From NCBI GenBank assembly GCA_963724765.1, contig CAVRVY010000001.1, positions 480,001 through 544,000 of the forward strand: a stretch of DNA of 64,000 nt, read 5' to 3'. The position numbers were made by a program, and so were the translations under genes. This DNA is from an uncultured delta proteobacterium (GTDB taxonomy: Bacteria > Desulfobacterota > Binatia > Binatales > Binataceae). Positions 1 to 9,734 of this stretch are shown here, piece by piece (position 1 is the first letter of the stretch; each line of letters begins with the position of its first letter). The notes under the pieces are model-generated. The model was not told the origin of the DNA and ran no database searches. It was given only the letters and a program-made list of their open reading frames with translations.

Positions 1-831
1 ATGCCCGCGCCGGAGAGCGCCGCATTCTGTCGCCGGGTCGAGCGGATGGGCTACAAGGTCATCTGGTCGCCCGAGGCCTGGGGACGCGAGCCCTTCGCGC
101 ACGGCGGCTATCTGCTCGCGAACACCGATAGTCTGATTTATGCAACCGGTATTGCCAACGTCTGGGTGCGCGATCCGCTGGCGATGGCCTCGGCGGCCAA
201 AACGCTGGCCGAACTCGCGCCGGACCGCTTCATCCTCGGCATCGGCGTAAGCCATCGCTCGCTGGTCGAGGATCTGCGCGGGCACAAGTACGTCAAGCCC
301 TTCAGCTATCTCAGCGAGTACATCCCGCGGATGAAATCGTCACTGTACAAGGCGGTTGCCCCCAAGGCTGAGCCGCCGCTGGTGATCGCGGCGTTGCATC
401 CCAAATCGCTCGGCCTGGCCGCGCGCGAAGCCCAGGGCACGCATACCTACATGTGTCTCCCGCCGCATACCAAACAGGCGCGCGCCATCATGGGCCCCGA
501 TAAATGGGTATGCGCGAGCGTGGTCGTTATCCTCGAGCGCGACGCCGCCAAGGCGCGCGCCCGCGCCCGCGAGCATCTGAGCTTTTACGCCAACCAGGAT
601 AACTATCGCAGGATCCTGATGGCGCAGGGCTTCACGGCGGCGGATTTCGAAAACGGATGCAGCGATCGTCTGATTGATGCGGTGATCGCCTGGGGTAGCG
701 AGGACAAGGTTAAGGAGCGGATCGATGCTCAGCTCGCGGCCGGCGCGAATCATGTTTGCCTGATGCCCTTGCGCTGCGACGATGTCGCGCTGCCCGATGA
801 GCGTGCGCTGGAAGCATTCGCTCCGCGCTGA
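1..831 (+). CDS. LLM-class (luciferase-like), probably F420-dependent, oxidoreductase; may be 5'-truncated by the window edge
   Basis: ORF with typical LLM motifs: W.PEA.GRE, ATGIANVW.RDP, RFILGIGVSH, and C-terminal WG...AGANHV. Confidence 0.8.
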   Translation: MPAPESAAFCRRVERMGYKVIWSPEAWGREPFAHGGYLLANTDSLIYATGIANVWVRDPLAMASAAKTLAELAPDRFILGIGVSHRSLVEDLRGHKYVKPFSYLSEYIPRMKSSLYKAVAPKAEPPLVIAALHPKSLGLAAREAQGTHTYMCLPPHTKQARAIMGPDKWVCASVVVILERDAAKARARAREHLSFYANQDNYRRILMAQGFTAADFENGCSDRLIDAVIAWGSEDKVKERIDAQLAAGANHVCLMPLRCDDVALPDERALEAFAPR

Positions 832-953
832 TGCGCGCGCTCCGATGCCAGCTCGCTGATTGTGCGTCATCCGCGCGGGATTGAATGGCCATTGACGAGA
901 TTACCGTCGTGCATAGGGCCGGATACGCTGGTGGGCGCGATCTTTCCGGCATC

Positions 954-1562
954 CTAACGCTCATTCATCGCGGCCTTCACACCAGGCACGGCCGATCTCA
1001 TGAAAGACACTCGACACGAGGTTTCGAGGAGGTGGGTCAAATACAGGCATTCATGCAGCGTTTCAGCCAAGGAGAACGTACCGTGGCCTCGGACCGCGAC
1101 AATTTTCGCTTCCTTTAATGCACCCGCAATCTGCACTGCATCCTCGCCCAGCCTTTCCTGGTCTCGGGATTCGAGGACTCGCGTTCGCCCGAGAGCGTCT
1201 TTGGCCTCATTATAGCTGGGAGAAATGTGGTCCTCCCAAATCCAAGTGGCCGCAATTGTGCAAGGCCCATGACAATGCAGAATGGCGCCGCGCTGGTGAT
1301 CGTTCACTCCAAGATATATGGCGCGATGAACATAAAATTCGCACGAGGCTTCGCCTCTTTCTGTCTCCCTGAAATCCATCGCGATCAGATCGGTCTCCGA
1401 ATTGAGCTCTCTCAGAGATCGTCCGGTCTTGGTAATCAGAATGTGCCGGTTGGGAAGCAAAACCGACATATTGCCCGACTTCAAAGAGTTGAGGCCGAGG
1501 TCCCACGTAGCCTGGCCGACTCTGACGAACTCGGCGCCACTAATCGAGGAATCCTGATTCAT
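954..1562 (-). CDS. Class II aldolase/adducin family protein (FucA/MtnB-like)
   Basis: SGNMS, ITKTG, S.E..VH, HCH and RGHG metal-binding pattern. Confidence 0.75.
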   Translation of the reverse strand: MNQDSSISGAEFVRVGQATWDLGLNSLKSGNMSVLLPNRHILITKTGRSLRELNSETDLIAMDFRETERGEASCEFYVHRAIYLGVNDHQRGAILHCHGPCTIAATWIWEDHISPSYNEAKDALGRTRVLESRDQERLGEDAVQIAGALKEAKIVAVRGHGTFSLAETLHECLYLTHLLETSCRVSFMRSAVPGVKAAMNER

Positions 1563-1641
1563 GATTGCGACCTCGTGCGTCTCTTCCTATAGATCGTAAA
1601 ATCGCTTCCGAGCTTGCCACGCAGGTCTGTACTTAGCGGGC

Positions 1642-3378
1642 TCAAATCGCGCGGCGCATATGCCGCTTGTTCGAGCCATTTCCGTGCCGCAGCAACAAAC
1701 CTGGCGTGAACTTCGTCGGCTCGCCATCCACGAACGTGACCTCGCCGTTGACCATGATGTAGCGGTAGCCGCGGGCGCGTTGCACGCGCCGCCATTCGCC
1801 CCCCGGAAGGTCGTGCACCACCGCGCTCGGTTCGATCCCCAAACTGGCGTAGTCGTACATGACGATATCCGCCGCATATCCTTCGCGCAGCACGCCGCGG
1901 TCCGAAAGCCCCGCGCAGGTCGCCGGCCACGTGCTCAATTTCCAATGGGCCTCCTCCAGAGTTAGCATCCCCTGGTCGCGGGTGAATGAGGCCAAAAATT
2001 CGGTCGGATAGCGTCCGCCGCAGAAGAATTTGGTGTGCGCGCCGCCGTCGGAGAGGCCCGGAATTGTATATGGATAGTTGACGACTTCCTTTAGCAGGTC
2101 CAGGCGGGTATGCGGCGGTGGCGCGTCGAACACCGTGCGCAATTCATCGGCAATCGCGATTTCGAGCATCGTATCGACGATATGCCCGTCCGTCTTCCTG
2201 CCGGCGTCCCTCAGGGTCATACCCTCCAGGTGCTTGAACCGAGGCGTAAAAACCTTTTGGATTACGAAATTCTCCAGATCCCCGGTCACCATTCGCTGAC
2301 CGTCGGCGTAATCCCTGAGTTTCGCGCGGCGACATGGGTCACTCAGCTTCATCAGCCGCTCCTGAGTGCTGCCCAGGGTGGCCTCGCGCCAGGCTTCGGA
2401 GTCGTCAAACAGGTTCCAGTCCGCAAAAGTAAAGGTGAAGCTGGTGGTGTTGGTATGAGCCTGCGGATAGACGCGCAGTCCCCTGGCATGGCAGTGGTCG
2501 AACCAGGCAATCAGAAATCGATGGATTTGCGGTTCGCGATCAAATGAGACGAGCGCCTGGTAGAGCAGCGGGCGCCGGCTCAGTTCGGCGAGGGTCTCGA
2601 TCTCTTTCAGATCGTGAAAGGGATCCGCGGTGGCCATCGACAGTTGCATAAAACCCGAATTGCGCCGGCCGAGTTCGCGGGCTAGGTTGCGGCAGGTTTC
2701 GTCGCCCATTACGTCGGTGACCATTGGCGTGCCGTCATAATCGCGCTGGAGGCACACCGGACCGTCCGGGTGCAGACGCTGCGCCGACCAACCGCATCCG
2801 CCGGCGTCCATCGCTTCGCTGAAGAGGCGAACTATCTCGCGCTCTTCGGCGGCGGTGGGCGTCCGATGCTTGGCCTCCTCGGGACTTCCTATGACCCACG
2901 TGATGAGCGGACCGAGCGGGACACACGGCAGCAGATTGACGGCCTTGGGCTGGCGATCCAGGCTGTCGAGAAACTGCGGAAACGTCACCCAATCCCACGG
3001 CAGACCGGCCTTCATCGAGGCATACGGAATGGACTCCAGGCGAGTCATGGTAAGCATCGCACGCTCGCGCTGTTCCGGCCGCACCGGGGCGAAGCCGAAG
3101 CCGCAATTGCCGATCGCGACCGAGGTCACGCCATGCCATCCCGAAATCGAGCAGTGGGGATCCCAAAAAACCTGCGCGTCGTAGTGAGTGTGCAGGTCGA
3201 TGAATCCAGGTGCGACAATCAAGCCGGAAGCATCGATCTCGCTGGCGCCTTCACCGGCGTCCAAGTTGCCAATCTCGGCAATCCTCCCATCCTTGATTCC
3301 GAGGTCGCCGCGATAACGGGGCGCGCGGGTCCCGTCGATGATCATGCCGTTCTTAACGACCGTGTCGAACCTGGGCAT
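1642..3378 (-). CDS. N-acyl-D-amino-acid deacylase family amidohydrolase
   Basis: IIDGT, APGFIDLHTHYD, GVTSV..GNCGFG, SDGGAH and GY.ADIV motifs. Confidence 0.85.
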   Translation of the reverse strand: MPRFDTVVKNGMIIDGTRAPRYRGDLGIKDGRIAEIGNLDAGEGASEIDASGLIVAPGFIDLHTHYDAQVFWDPHCSISGWHGVTSVAIGNCGFGFAPVRPEQRERAMLTMTRLESIPYASMKAGLPWDWVTFPQFLDSLDRQPKAVNLLPCVPLGPLITWVIGSPEEAKHRTPTAAEEREIVRLFSEAMDAGGCGWSAQRLHPDGPVCLQRDYDGTPMVTDVMGDETCRNLARELGRRNSGFMQLSMATADPFHDLKEIETLAELSRRPLLYQALVSFDREPQIHRFLIAWFDHCHARGLRVYPQAHTNTTSFTFTFADWNLFDDSEAWREATLGSTQERLMKLSDPCRRAKLRDYADGQRMVTGDLENFVIQKVFTPRFKHLEGMTLRDAGRKTDGHIVDTMLEIAIADELRTVFDAPPPHTRLDLLKEVVNYPYTIPGLSDGGAHTKFFCGGRYPTEFLASFTRDQGMLTLEEAHWKLSTWPATCAGLSDRGVLREGYAADIVMYDYASLGIEPSAVVHDLPGGEWRRVQRARGYRYIMVNGEVTFVDGEPTKFTPGLLLRHGNGSNKRHMRRAI

Positions 3379-4149
3379 TCACTGGTCCTCTGCGGTTCGG
3401 GACTAAACCGCTATCGACAATCTGTGACTTTTATCTAGGACTTCCATTTCACTCTGATTTCGGGCTGACACCAACGGCCTGCCTGTTCGTTTGTACCAAT
3501 AACCTTCGGCAGCAGCGAAGCCCCCGACACATCGGGATATCGCTCATTTTTCCATAGAATGCCGAAAATTGAGGGCCGGTTGGCGCAGAGGGGGGCTGAA
3601 TCTGGGGCCAGCCAGAGCGCTTTCGGTGTCGTTGAAGCTTAGCGCAGGCATAGCCGGGGCATCGCTGCCGGCAGGAACAACCGCCTCCTAGCGCTATAGA
3701 CGAACAATTAGCTCACCCTTTCCGACGTTGCGCAACGCCGACTTTCGGTCGCGACAGAGAACACGCCGACCGGGCAGGGTTGAGCTGTGACCGCTCGGTC
3801 AACGTGCGCTATCTCTGTACGTCCTGGAGCTTGGGCAGTTTCTGCTGTCATGAGCGCGCCCAACTCGCAAAAATGGGAGAGATCGGCGGATCGAAACCCG
3901 TCTCCTCCTTGCGCCGAAGTCGAACATACGGTGCGGTCCGCTCGTGTCGGTTCCTGCACCGATGGCGTTCGCTGTACCTTCTGAAAAGTCACGCTTGAAA
4001 AAAGGATCGCGAGAATCGTAAGCTCCGGCAAGTCTAGTCGAGATTCGACGAGCACGGTAACGTGCTCCAGGGCTGAGCCGCGCGCGAGGCCGCGGGTCCC
4101 GCTGCCTCGGTTCGCCGCTCGCAGGCATGACAGCAAAACGGAGCACGCC

Positions 4150-4833
4150 ATGACATCGAAGCCTGCCGAATTCCGAGCCGACGAGGCGGCCCTGGTGATC
4201 ATCGACACCCAGGAAAAATGGGTGCCCATGATACCCAACCGGCACACGGTGATTGCCAACATGCGGACCCTGATCAAGTTGGCTCGATGCTTCGAGATGC
4301 CGATCGTGGTGGCGGAGCATCTGCCGTGGGTGATCGGCGAGACGGTGAAGGAGTTGCGCGAGCTCCTGGATTCCAAAACACCAGTCATTAAAAAGATCGT
4401 TTACAATACCTTCGACGATCCGCGCTTCGCCCAGGCGATCGAGCGGACTGGGCGCAAGCAGCTTCTGTTCTGCGGCATCGAGACTCATGTCTGCCTTGGA
4501 CTTCCCGCGCTGGAGGCGGTACGGCGCGGCTACCAGGTTTTCGTGGCGGCGGATTGCACGGGGGCTCAAACGGAGACCGATCGCGATATCGCGTTCCAAC
4601 GTTTCTGGCAGGCGGGGATCGTCCCCACCACCTGGAACACCATAGCTTTCGAAGGGTTGCGCAATATCGAGCTGCACGAAGGCATTCCGGCCAACGCGCG
4701 GTCGCAGGGAGTAAGCAACATTTGGCTCGAGGCGCTGCCTCACGTGCTAAATCAGTTCGCCTATCAGGCCGACAAAGACCCCGCCCGCCAGAGCGCGCCG
4801 CAGGCGTCACCCGGTCGGCGGCGCAGCGCTTAG
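4150..4833 (+). CDS. Isochorismatase family cysteine hydrolase
   Basis: ALVIIDTQ, conserved Lys, GIETHVC catalytic Cys motif; GGAG RBS upstream. Confidence 0.85.
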   Translation: MTSKPAEFRADEAALVIIDTQEKWVPMIPNRHTVIANMRTLIKLARCFEMPIVVAEHLPWVIGETVKELRELLDSKTPVIKKIVYNTFDDPRFAQAIERTGRKQLLFCGIETHVCLGLPALEAVRRGYQVFVAADCTGAQTETDRDIAFQRFWQAGIVPTTWNTIAFEGLRNIELHEGIPANARSQGVSNIWLEALPHVLNQFAYQADKDPARQSAPQASPGRRRSA

Positions 4834-4872
4834 TCCAAGGCCGGCCGCAAGGAGCGAGAAGGACGCAAGCTC

Positions 4873-5364
4873 ATGGCCAGCGACCCGCCAGGCGATCGCA
4901 AACCACCATCGGCGCCGCCGCCGAGTGGCGAAGGTCACCTCCGCACCGTCCATCACGAAGGCTACGACCCCGGCATCAAGTCTCTGTTCGTGCCCGCGAT
5001 CAAGGTCGAGGCCGGCAAACTGGTATTTATCTCGGGCGTGACCTGCGCGCCGGTCTATCATCAGCATCCGCATCGGCCGGAAGACTTCGACGCGATACCC
5101 TCCGACGCTGCCGGACAAGCCGCGATAACCTACCGCCACCTGGGCCAGGCACTCGCCGCTGCAGGCTGCAAGCCTTCGCATGTGGTTTCGCTCACCCGCT
5201 TTCTGACCAATCTGGCCGAGGATCAGGACGCTATCAACCGTGTCCAGGGCGAGTTCTTCAACGGCCATCTGCCTACCAGCACCACGGTGGAAGTAAACCG
5301 GATGGCCACTGATCCGCGAATCAGACTTGAGATCCAGGCAATCGCGGTGGCTCCTCCCTCATAG
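4873..5364 (+). CDS. RidA/YjgF family protein
   Basis: LVFISG, PTST.VEV and LEIQAIA motifs. Confidence 0.85.
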   Translation: MASDPPGDRKPPSAPPPSGEGHLRTVHHEGYDPGIKSLFVPAIKVEAGKLVFISGVTCAPVYHQHPHRPEDFDAIPSDAAGQAAITYRHLGQALAAAGCKPSHVVSLTRFLTNLAEDQDAINRVQGEFFNGHLPTSTTVEVNRMATDPRIRLEIQAIAVAPPS

Positions 5365-5864
5365 AAATTTCTCGGAAATTTCTCGCCTGGTTGAGGGCGC
5401 TCAAGTTGCTCAGTGACGGCGGCAAGCGGAAAGCGTCCCCACGTCGCCACGTGATGATCACCTGCGTCGTCCCGATGCAGATTAGACCGCGCGGCGCCGG
5501 GGTGCGTTTCGTCATCAAAGCAAATGGCTTGGCCTGCGCCGCACGCCGATCGCGCCGCTGAAAGCTGTTAACGGGCGCATTAATTTTCGACCCAGGAAAC
5601 GTCAACCGCCCAATCGCCTCACATAACGCACCTCGAACCGTTTCGCGCGGTTAAAATTCGCGTATGAGCGCGGGCCTATTGAATTGTTAATCTTACAATT
5701 CAGGCTCATCGCTTTTGTCCGAAACGCATTGACTTATTGATGCGATAATCGATCCCCTATGCTTAAACAGGGGCGTATGTCTAGGATCGTCAGCTTTGTG
5801 ACGGCGTGCGCACAGGCTGAGTCCAGCGCGCGACTATTCGCAAACGCTCAAAGGGAGAAAGCGA

Positions 5865-6509
5865 ATGAGAACCACGCTTAACACGGTTGTGGTCGGACTG
5901 GGTCTGCTTATTGTCACAAGCAGTGCGTGGGGCCAGACGGAACCTGGAGTGGTATCAGGAAGACCTGGCAAATGTAAGCCAATAGTCAATGCGGCCTTGA
6001 TGATATCGGGTGGTGAGAAGCTCCAATGCACTTTTGGCAATATCGATGATGTTTATGTTGTCGCAGTAAATGTATCAACTAAATCAAAACCTCGTAGGTA
6101 CATACTAAGCAGCGCCGAGGGCTGCGTGGTGCTGCCTATCACAGCAGCGCTCGGGACGCATATAGAGGTGACAGGGGTTTTGCAGGATACCGACGCAGAG
6201 CCGGGAGCTAGCGGCCTTAGCGACAGCGCATCCTCCGTTAGCGAGAATTGCTTCAATGTCGAGGGATTTTCGGTCGGACTGGGAGCTAACAGCCAATCTG
6301 AATACAATCCGCAAGATCCCGCCAATATCATTAACGCTCAGGGATATGGTTTTTTTTGGTATGACTCCGACAGCGATTTGAAACCGGGACCGTACGATTA
6401 TACGGTCGTGGGCTGCTCGGGGCACTCCTGTCCAACTAAAGCGACGTACTACAACACTGACAGCTTACCGGTTCCACCGGCCTGCGCAGTATTAGACCCA
6501 CTTTCATAA
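5865..6509 (+). CDS. Hypothetical secreted protein (7 Cys)
   Basis: Signal peptide (MRTTLNTVVVGLGLLIVTSSAWG), GGGAG RBS, 214-aa ORF with visibly lower GC; no recognised family. Confidence 0.6.
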   Translation: MRTTLNTVVVGLGLLIVTSSAWGQTEPGVVSGRPGKCKPIVNAALMISGGEKLQCTFGNIDDVYVVAVNVSTKSKPRRYILSSAEGCVVLPITAALGTHIEVTGVLQDTDAEPGASGLSDSASSVSENCFNVEGFSVGLGANSQSEYNPQDPANIINAQGYGFFWYDSDSDLKPGPYDYTVVGCSGHSCPTKATYYNTDSLPVPPACAVLDPLS

Positions 6510-6553
6510 AAAAACTGATTTCTGATGTTGCGCTTTGTCATCGAGTTCGGGTT

Positions 6554-9500
6554 TCATATCCGTGATCCCATGATTGACGTACGGCCGCCCGGGGTTCTCC
6601 GGCTCCGTTCCTTCATGATCGCGAAAAGCACCGGTACGAGTATCAGGACGTGAATCGTCGAGGTGATCATTCCACCGACGATCGGAGCTGCAATCGGCTT
6701 TATCACGTCTGAGCCGATTCCCGACTCCCACAGGATCGGAGCGAGGCTCAGCATCACGACTGTTACGGTCATCAGCTTAGGTCGAAGCCGCTGCACTGCG
6801 CCCTCGATTACCGCCAACTCGATTTCTTCATGAGTCAGCTCGCCTACGGCGATGTGACGATTCAGCGCTTCGTGAAGATAGATGACCATGACGACGCCGG
6901 TTTCGACGGCGATTCCAAACAACGCGATGTACCCGACCCACACGGCGACGCTGAAGTTGAAGTTCATCATGTACTGAAGCAGTAGCCCGCCCGTCATCGC
7001 GTACACGGTCGGAAGAATCAGTACGATCGCTTCAGTCGCGGACCGGAAAAGCATGTAGAGCAAGACAAATATCAGACCGAAGACGATCGGCAGGATGAGC
7101 ATCAGGCGCTTTCGCGCGCGCAACTGGAACTCGTACTCTCCCGACCATTTCAGGTTGTATCCGGCGGGCAGACGCAGATGCCGATCGAGCGCCCGCTGCG
7201 CTTTGTTAACGTAGGTGCCGTAATCCGAAGTTGCGAGATCGACATAGACGTAGCCGGTCAGGAGCCCGTCTTCGTCTCGTATCATCGATGGCCCCGGGCT
7301 CAAACTGATATGCGCGACTTCGCCGAGCGGGATCTGCGCTCCACTAGGCGTCATGATCAATATTCGACGCTGTGCGTTCAGGTCGTTCCGATAGTCCGCG
7401 AGATAGCGCACGTTGATCGGGTAGCGCTCACGGCCTTCGACCGTCGTCGCGATATTCTCGCCGCCCATACCGGAGCTGACCGCCCGCTGAACGTCTCCGA
7501 CGGTCAGGCCATATCTCGCAGCGACAGGGCGATCGACATCAACGTTGATGTAGAATCCTTGAGAGACTCGTTCGGCGAAAATTCCTCGCGTGCCTGGGAC
7601 GCGACCGAGTATTTCCTCGATCTGAGAACCAATCTGCTGAATCCGGTCGACGTCGGGCCCCTGAATTTTGAGTCCGACGGGAGTTTTGATACCGGTCAAC
7701 TCCATGTCGAGCCGGTTCTCGACCGGCATCGTCCATGAGTTGGACAGCCCTGGGAAGTGCAGCCTGTCGTCCATTTCGGCGATGAGCTGATCGTAGGTCA
7801 TGCCCTTTCGCCATTGATCGCGCGGCTTGAGCATGATCGTCGTGTCGTACATGTCCAGCGGTGCGTTGTCGGTGGCGCTGTCCGAACGTCCGACGGAGCC
7901 GAATACGCTTTCGACCTCGGGAAACGTGCGGATGATCTGATCCTGCCTTTGCATCAAATCTACCGCTGACGAGATCGAAATCCCCGGCAGGGTGGTCGGC
8001 ATGTAGAGACTCGACCCCTCATACAGCGGCGGCATGAACTGGCTGCCGATTTTCAAAAGCAGCGGAATTGTGAGCAGCAGGAAAATCACGTTGGCCGCGA
8101 TCGTCAGCGCGCGATGACGCAGGCACCATCGGATCACCGACAGATAGATGGCGTGGAAGAAACGCGAAATGGGGTTGTCGTCCTCGGGGCGCAGGCGCTT
8201 GCCGCGGATGAACAGGACCATAAGCACGGGGACCACGGTGATCGCGAGAACCGAGGAGAAGGCGATGGCGAAAGATTTAATGTAGGCGAGCGGACGAAAC
8301 ATCCGCCCCTCCTGCGATTCGAGCAGGAACACCGGCAGGAACGAGACGACAATAATAATCAGCGAGAAGAAGATCGGGCGGCCGACCTGTTTCGCAGCCG
8401 ATAGCAGGATTCGCTGTCGTTCGGGTCCGGAAACCGACTCGCCTTTCATGGACGCCTGATGCTGCATCTCCGAGAGATGCCGGTACCCGTTTTCGACCAT
8501 AACAATCGAAGCGTCGACCAGTACACCTATAGCCAGCGCCAACCCGCCCAACGACATGATGTTGGAGCTGATCTGCAGATAGTACATCGGGATGAACGTC
8601 GCGATGACCGCGATCGGCAGCGCAAGGATCGGGATCAGCGCCGAACGCACGTGAAAGAGAAAAACGATGATCACGAGACTTACAATGATAGCCTCTTCGA
8701 GCAGGTCGCGTTTCAGGGTGTTGATCGATTCCTGGATGAGTCCGGAACGGTCGTAGCCGGCGACGATTTTGACTCCTCGCCGCATAGTCTTTTGAATCTG
8801 ATCGAGCTTCTGCTTGACCCCGTCGATGACGGTGAGGGCGTTCTGCTCATAGCGCATCACGACGATACCGCCGACCGTCTCGCCGTCGCCATTCCACCCA
8901 GCGGCTCCTTCGCGCAAGTCGGGTCCCAGGCTGACCACACCTAAGTCTCTTATAAGCACCGGTGTGCCGTTGTTGGTTGTCACCGAAATGTTTTCAAGGT
9001 CCGCTATCGAATGGACGTAGCCGAGGCCGCGGATCATGTAATCCGCTCCCGACATCTCGAGGACGCGCCCACCGATCTCACCGTTGCTGTCGCGGATCTT
9101 GTCGATCACGGTCTCCAGCGGGACCTTGAGCGCCAGCAGCCGATTCGGATCGAGTTTGACCTGGTACTGCTTGACGAAGCCGCCGATAGTCGCGACCTCC
9201 GAAACTCCAGGCACGGTTTCAAGCGCATAGCGCACATTCCAATCCTGCAAGCTGCGCAGGTCAGCGAGACTGTGAGTATGGCTCTTATCGACAAGCGCGT
9301 ATTCGTACACCCAGCCAGCACCGGTGGCGTCCGGGCCAATTGCGGGAGTCACGCCAGAGGGAAGCTTGCCGGTTATCTGCTGCAGGTATTCCAGCACACG
9401 GCTCCGCGCCCAATAGATATCGGTGCCGTCTTCGAACACAACGAACACATACGAGTCGTTGGGCATCGTCTGCGCACGGACCGCCTTCACGTGTGGCGCG

Positions 9501-9724
9501 GCTAGCATCGCGGTGACAATAGGATAGGTCACCTGGTCCTCGATAAGATTGGGCGGCTGGCCGATCCATTGAGTGTGGATGATCACCTGGACGTCGGAGA
9601 TGTCCGGCAGAGCGTCGAGCGGGATTCGATCGAGAGACCAGATGCCCGCGACTACGAGCGCCAGCACGCCGAAGAACAGCAGGAAGCGGTTCGAATTACA
9701 CCAGTCGATAGTTCGCTCGATCAT
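6554..9724 (-). CDS. cusA: CusA-type heavy-metal (Cu/Ag) RND efflux permease
   Basis: DALPDISDVQVII, GPDATG, ENG, RLRPKLMT; Met residues at the CusA Cu-site positions (LYMP, PLDM, RLDM); start placed at MIERTI after a GAGG RBS. Confidence 0.95.
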   Translation of the reverse strand: MIERTIDWCNSNRFLLFFGVLALVVAGIWSLDRIPLDALPDISDVQVIIHTQWIGQPPNLIEDQVTYPIVTAMLAAPHVKAVRAQTMPNDSYVFVVFEDGTDIYWARSRVLEYLQQITGKLPSGVTPAIGPDATGAGWVYEYALVDKSHTHSLADLRSLQDWNVRYALETVPGVSEVATIGGFVKQYQVKLDPNRLLALKVPLETVIDKIRDSNGEIGGRVLEMSGADYMIRGLGYVHSIADLENISVTTNNGTPVLIRDLGVVSLGPDLREGAAGWNGDGETVGGIVVMRYEQNALTVIDGVKQKLDQIQKTMRRGVKIVAGYDRSGLIQESINTLKRDLLEEAIIVSLVIIVFLFHVRSALIPILALPIAVIATFIPMYYLQISSNIMSLGGLALAIGVLVDASIVMVENGYRHLSEMQHQASMKGESVSGPERQRILLSAAKQVGRPIFFSLIIIVVSFLPVFLLESQEGRMFRPLAYIKSFAIAFSSVLAITVVPVLMVLFIRGKRLRPEDDNPISRFFHAIYLSVIRWCLRHRALTIAANVIFLLLTIPLLLKIGSQFMPPLYEGSSLYMPTTLPGISISSAVDLMQRQDQIIRTFPEVESVFGSVGRSDSATDNAPLDMYDTTIMLKPRDQWRKGMTYDQLIAEMDDRLHFPGLSNSWTMPVENRLDMELTGIKTPVGLKIQGPDVDRIQQIGSQIEEILGRVPGTRGIFAERVSQGFYINVDVDRPVAARYGLTVGDVQRAVSSGMGGENIATTVEGRERYPINVRYLADYRNDLNAQRRILIMTPSGAQIPLGEVAHISLSPGPSMIRDEDGLLTGYVYVDLATSDYGTYVNKAQRALDRHLRLPAGYNLKWSGEYEFQLRARKRLMLILPIVFGLIFVLLYMLFRSATEAIVLILPTVYAMTGGLLLQYMMNFNFSVAVWVGYIALFGIAVETGVVMVIYLHEALNRHIAVGELTHEEIELAVIEGAVQRLRPKLMTVTVVMLSLAPILWESGIGSDVIKPIAAPIVGGMITSTIHVLILVPVLFAIMKERSRRTPGGRTSIMGSRI

Positions 9725-9734
9725 GCCTCTCCCC

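Noticed and set aside
3379-4149. 770-bp divergent intergenic region as a riboswitch/ncRNA, and overlapping ORFs 3708-4388 and 3799-4743
   Set aside because: Only short hairpins and no recognisable RNA family; the ORFs are antisense shadows of the isochorismatase gene.
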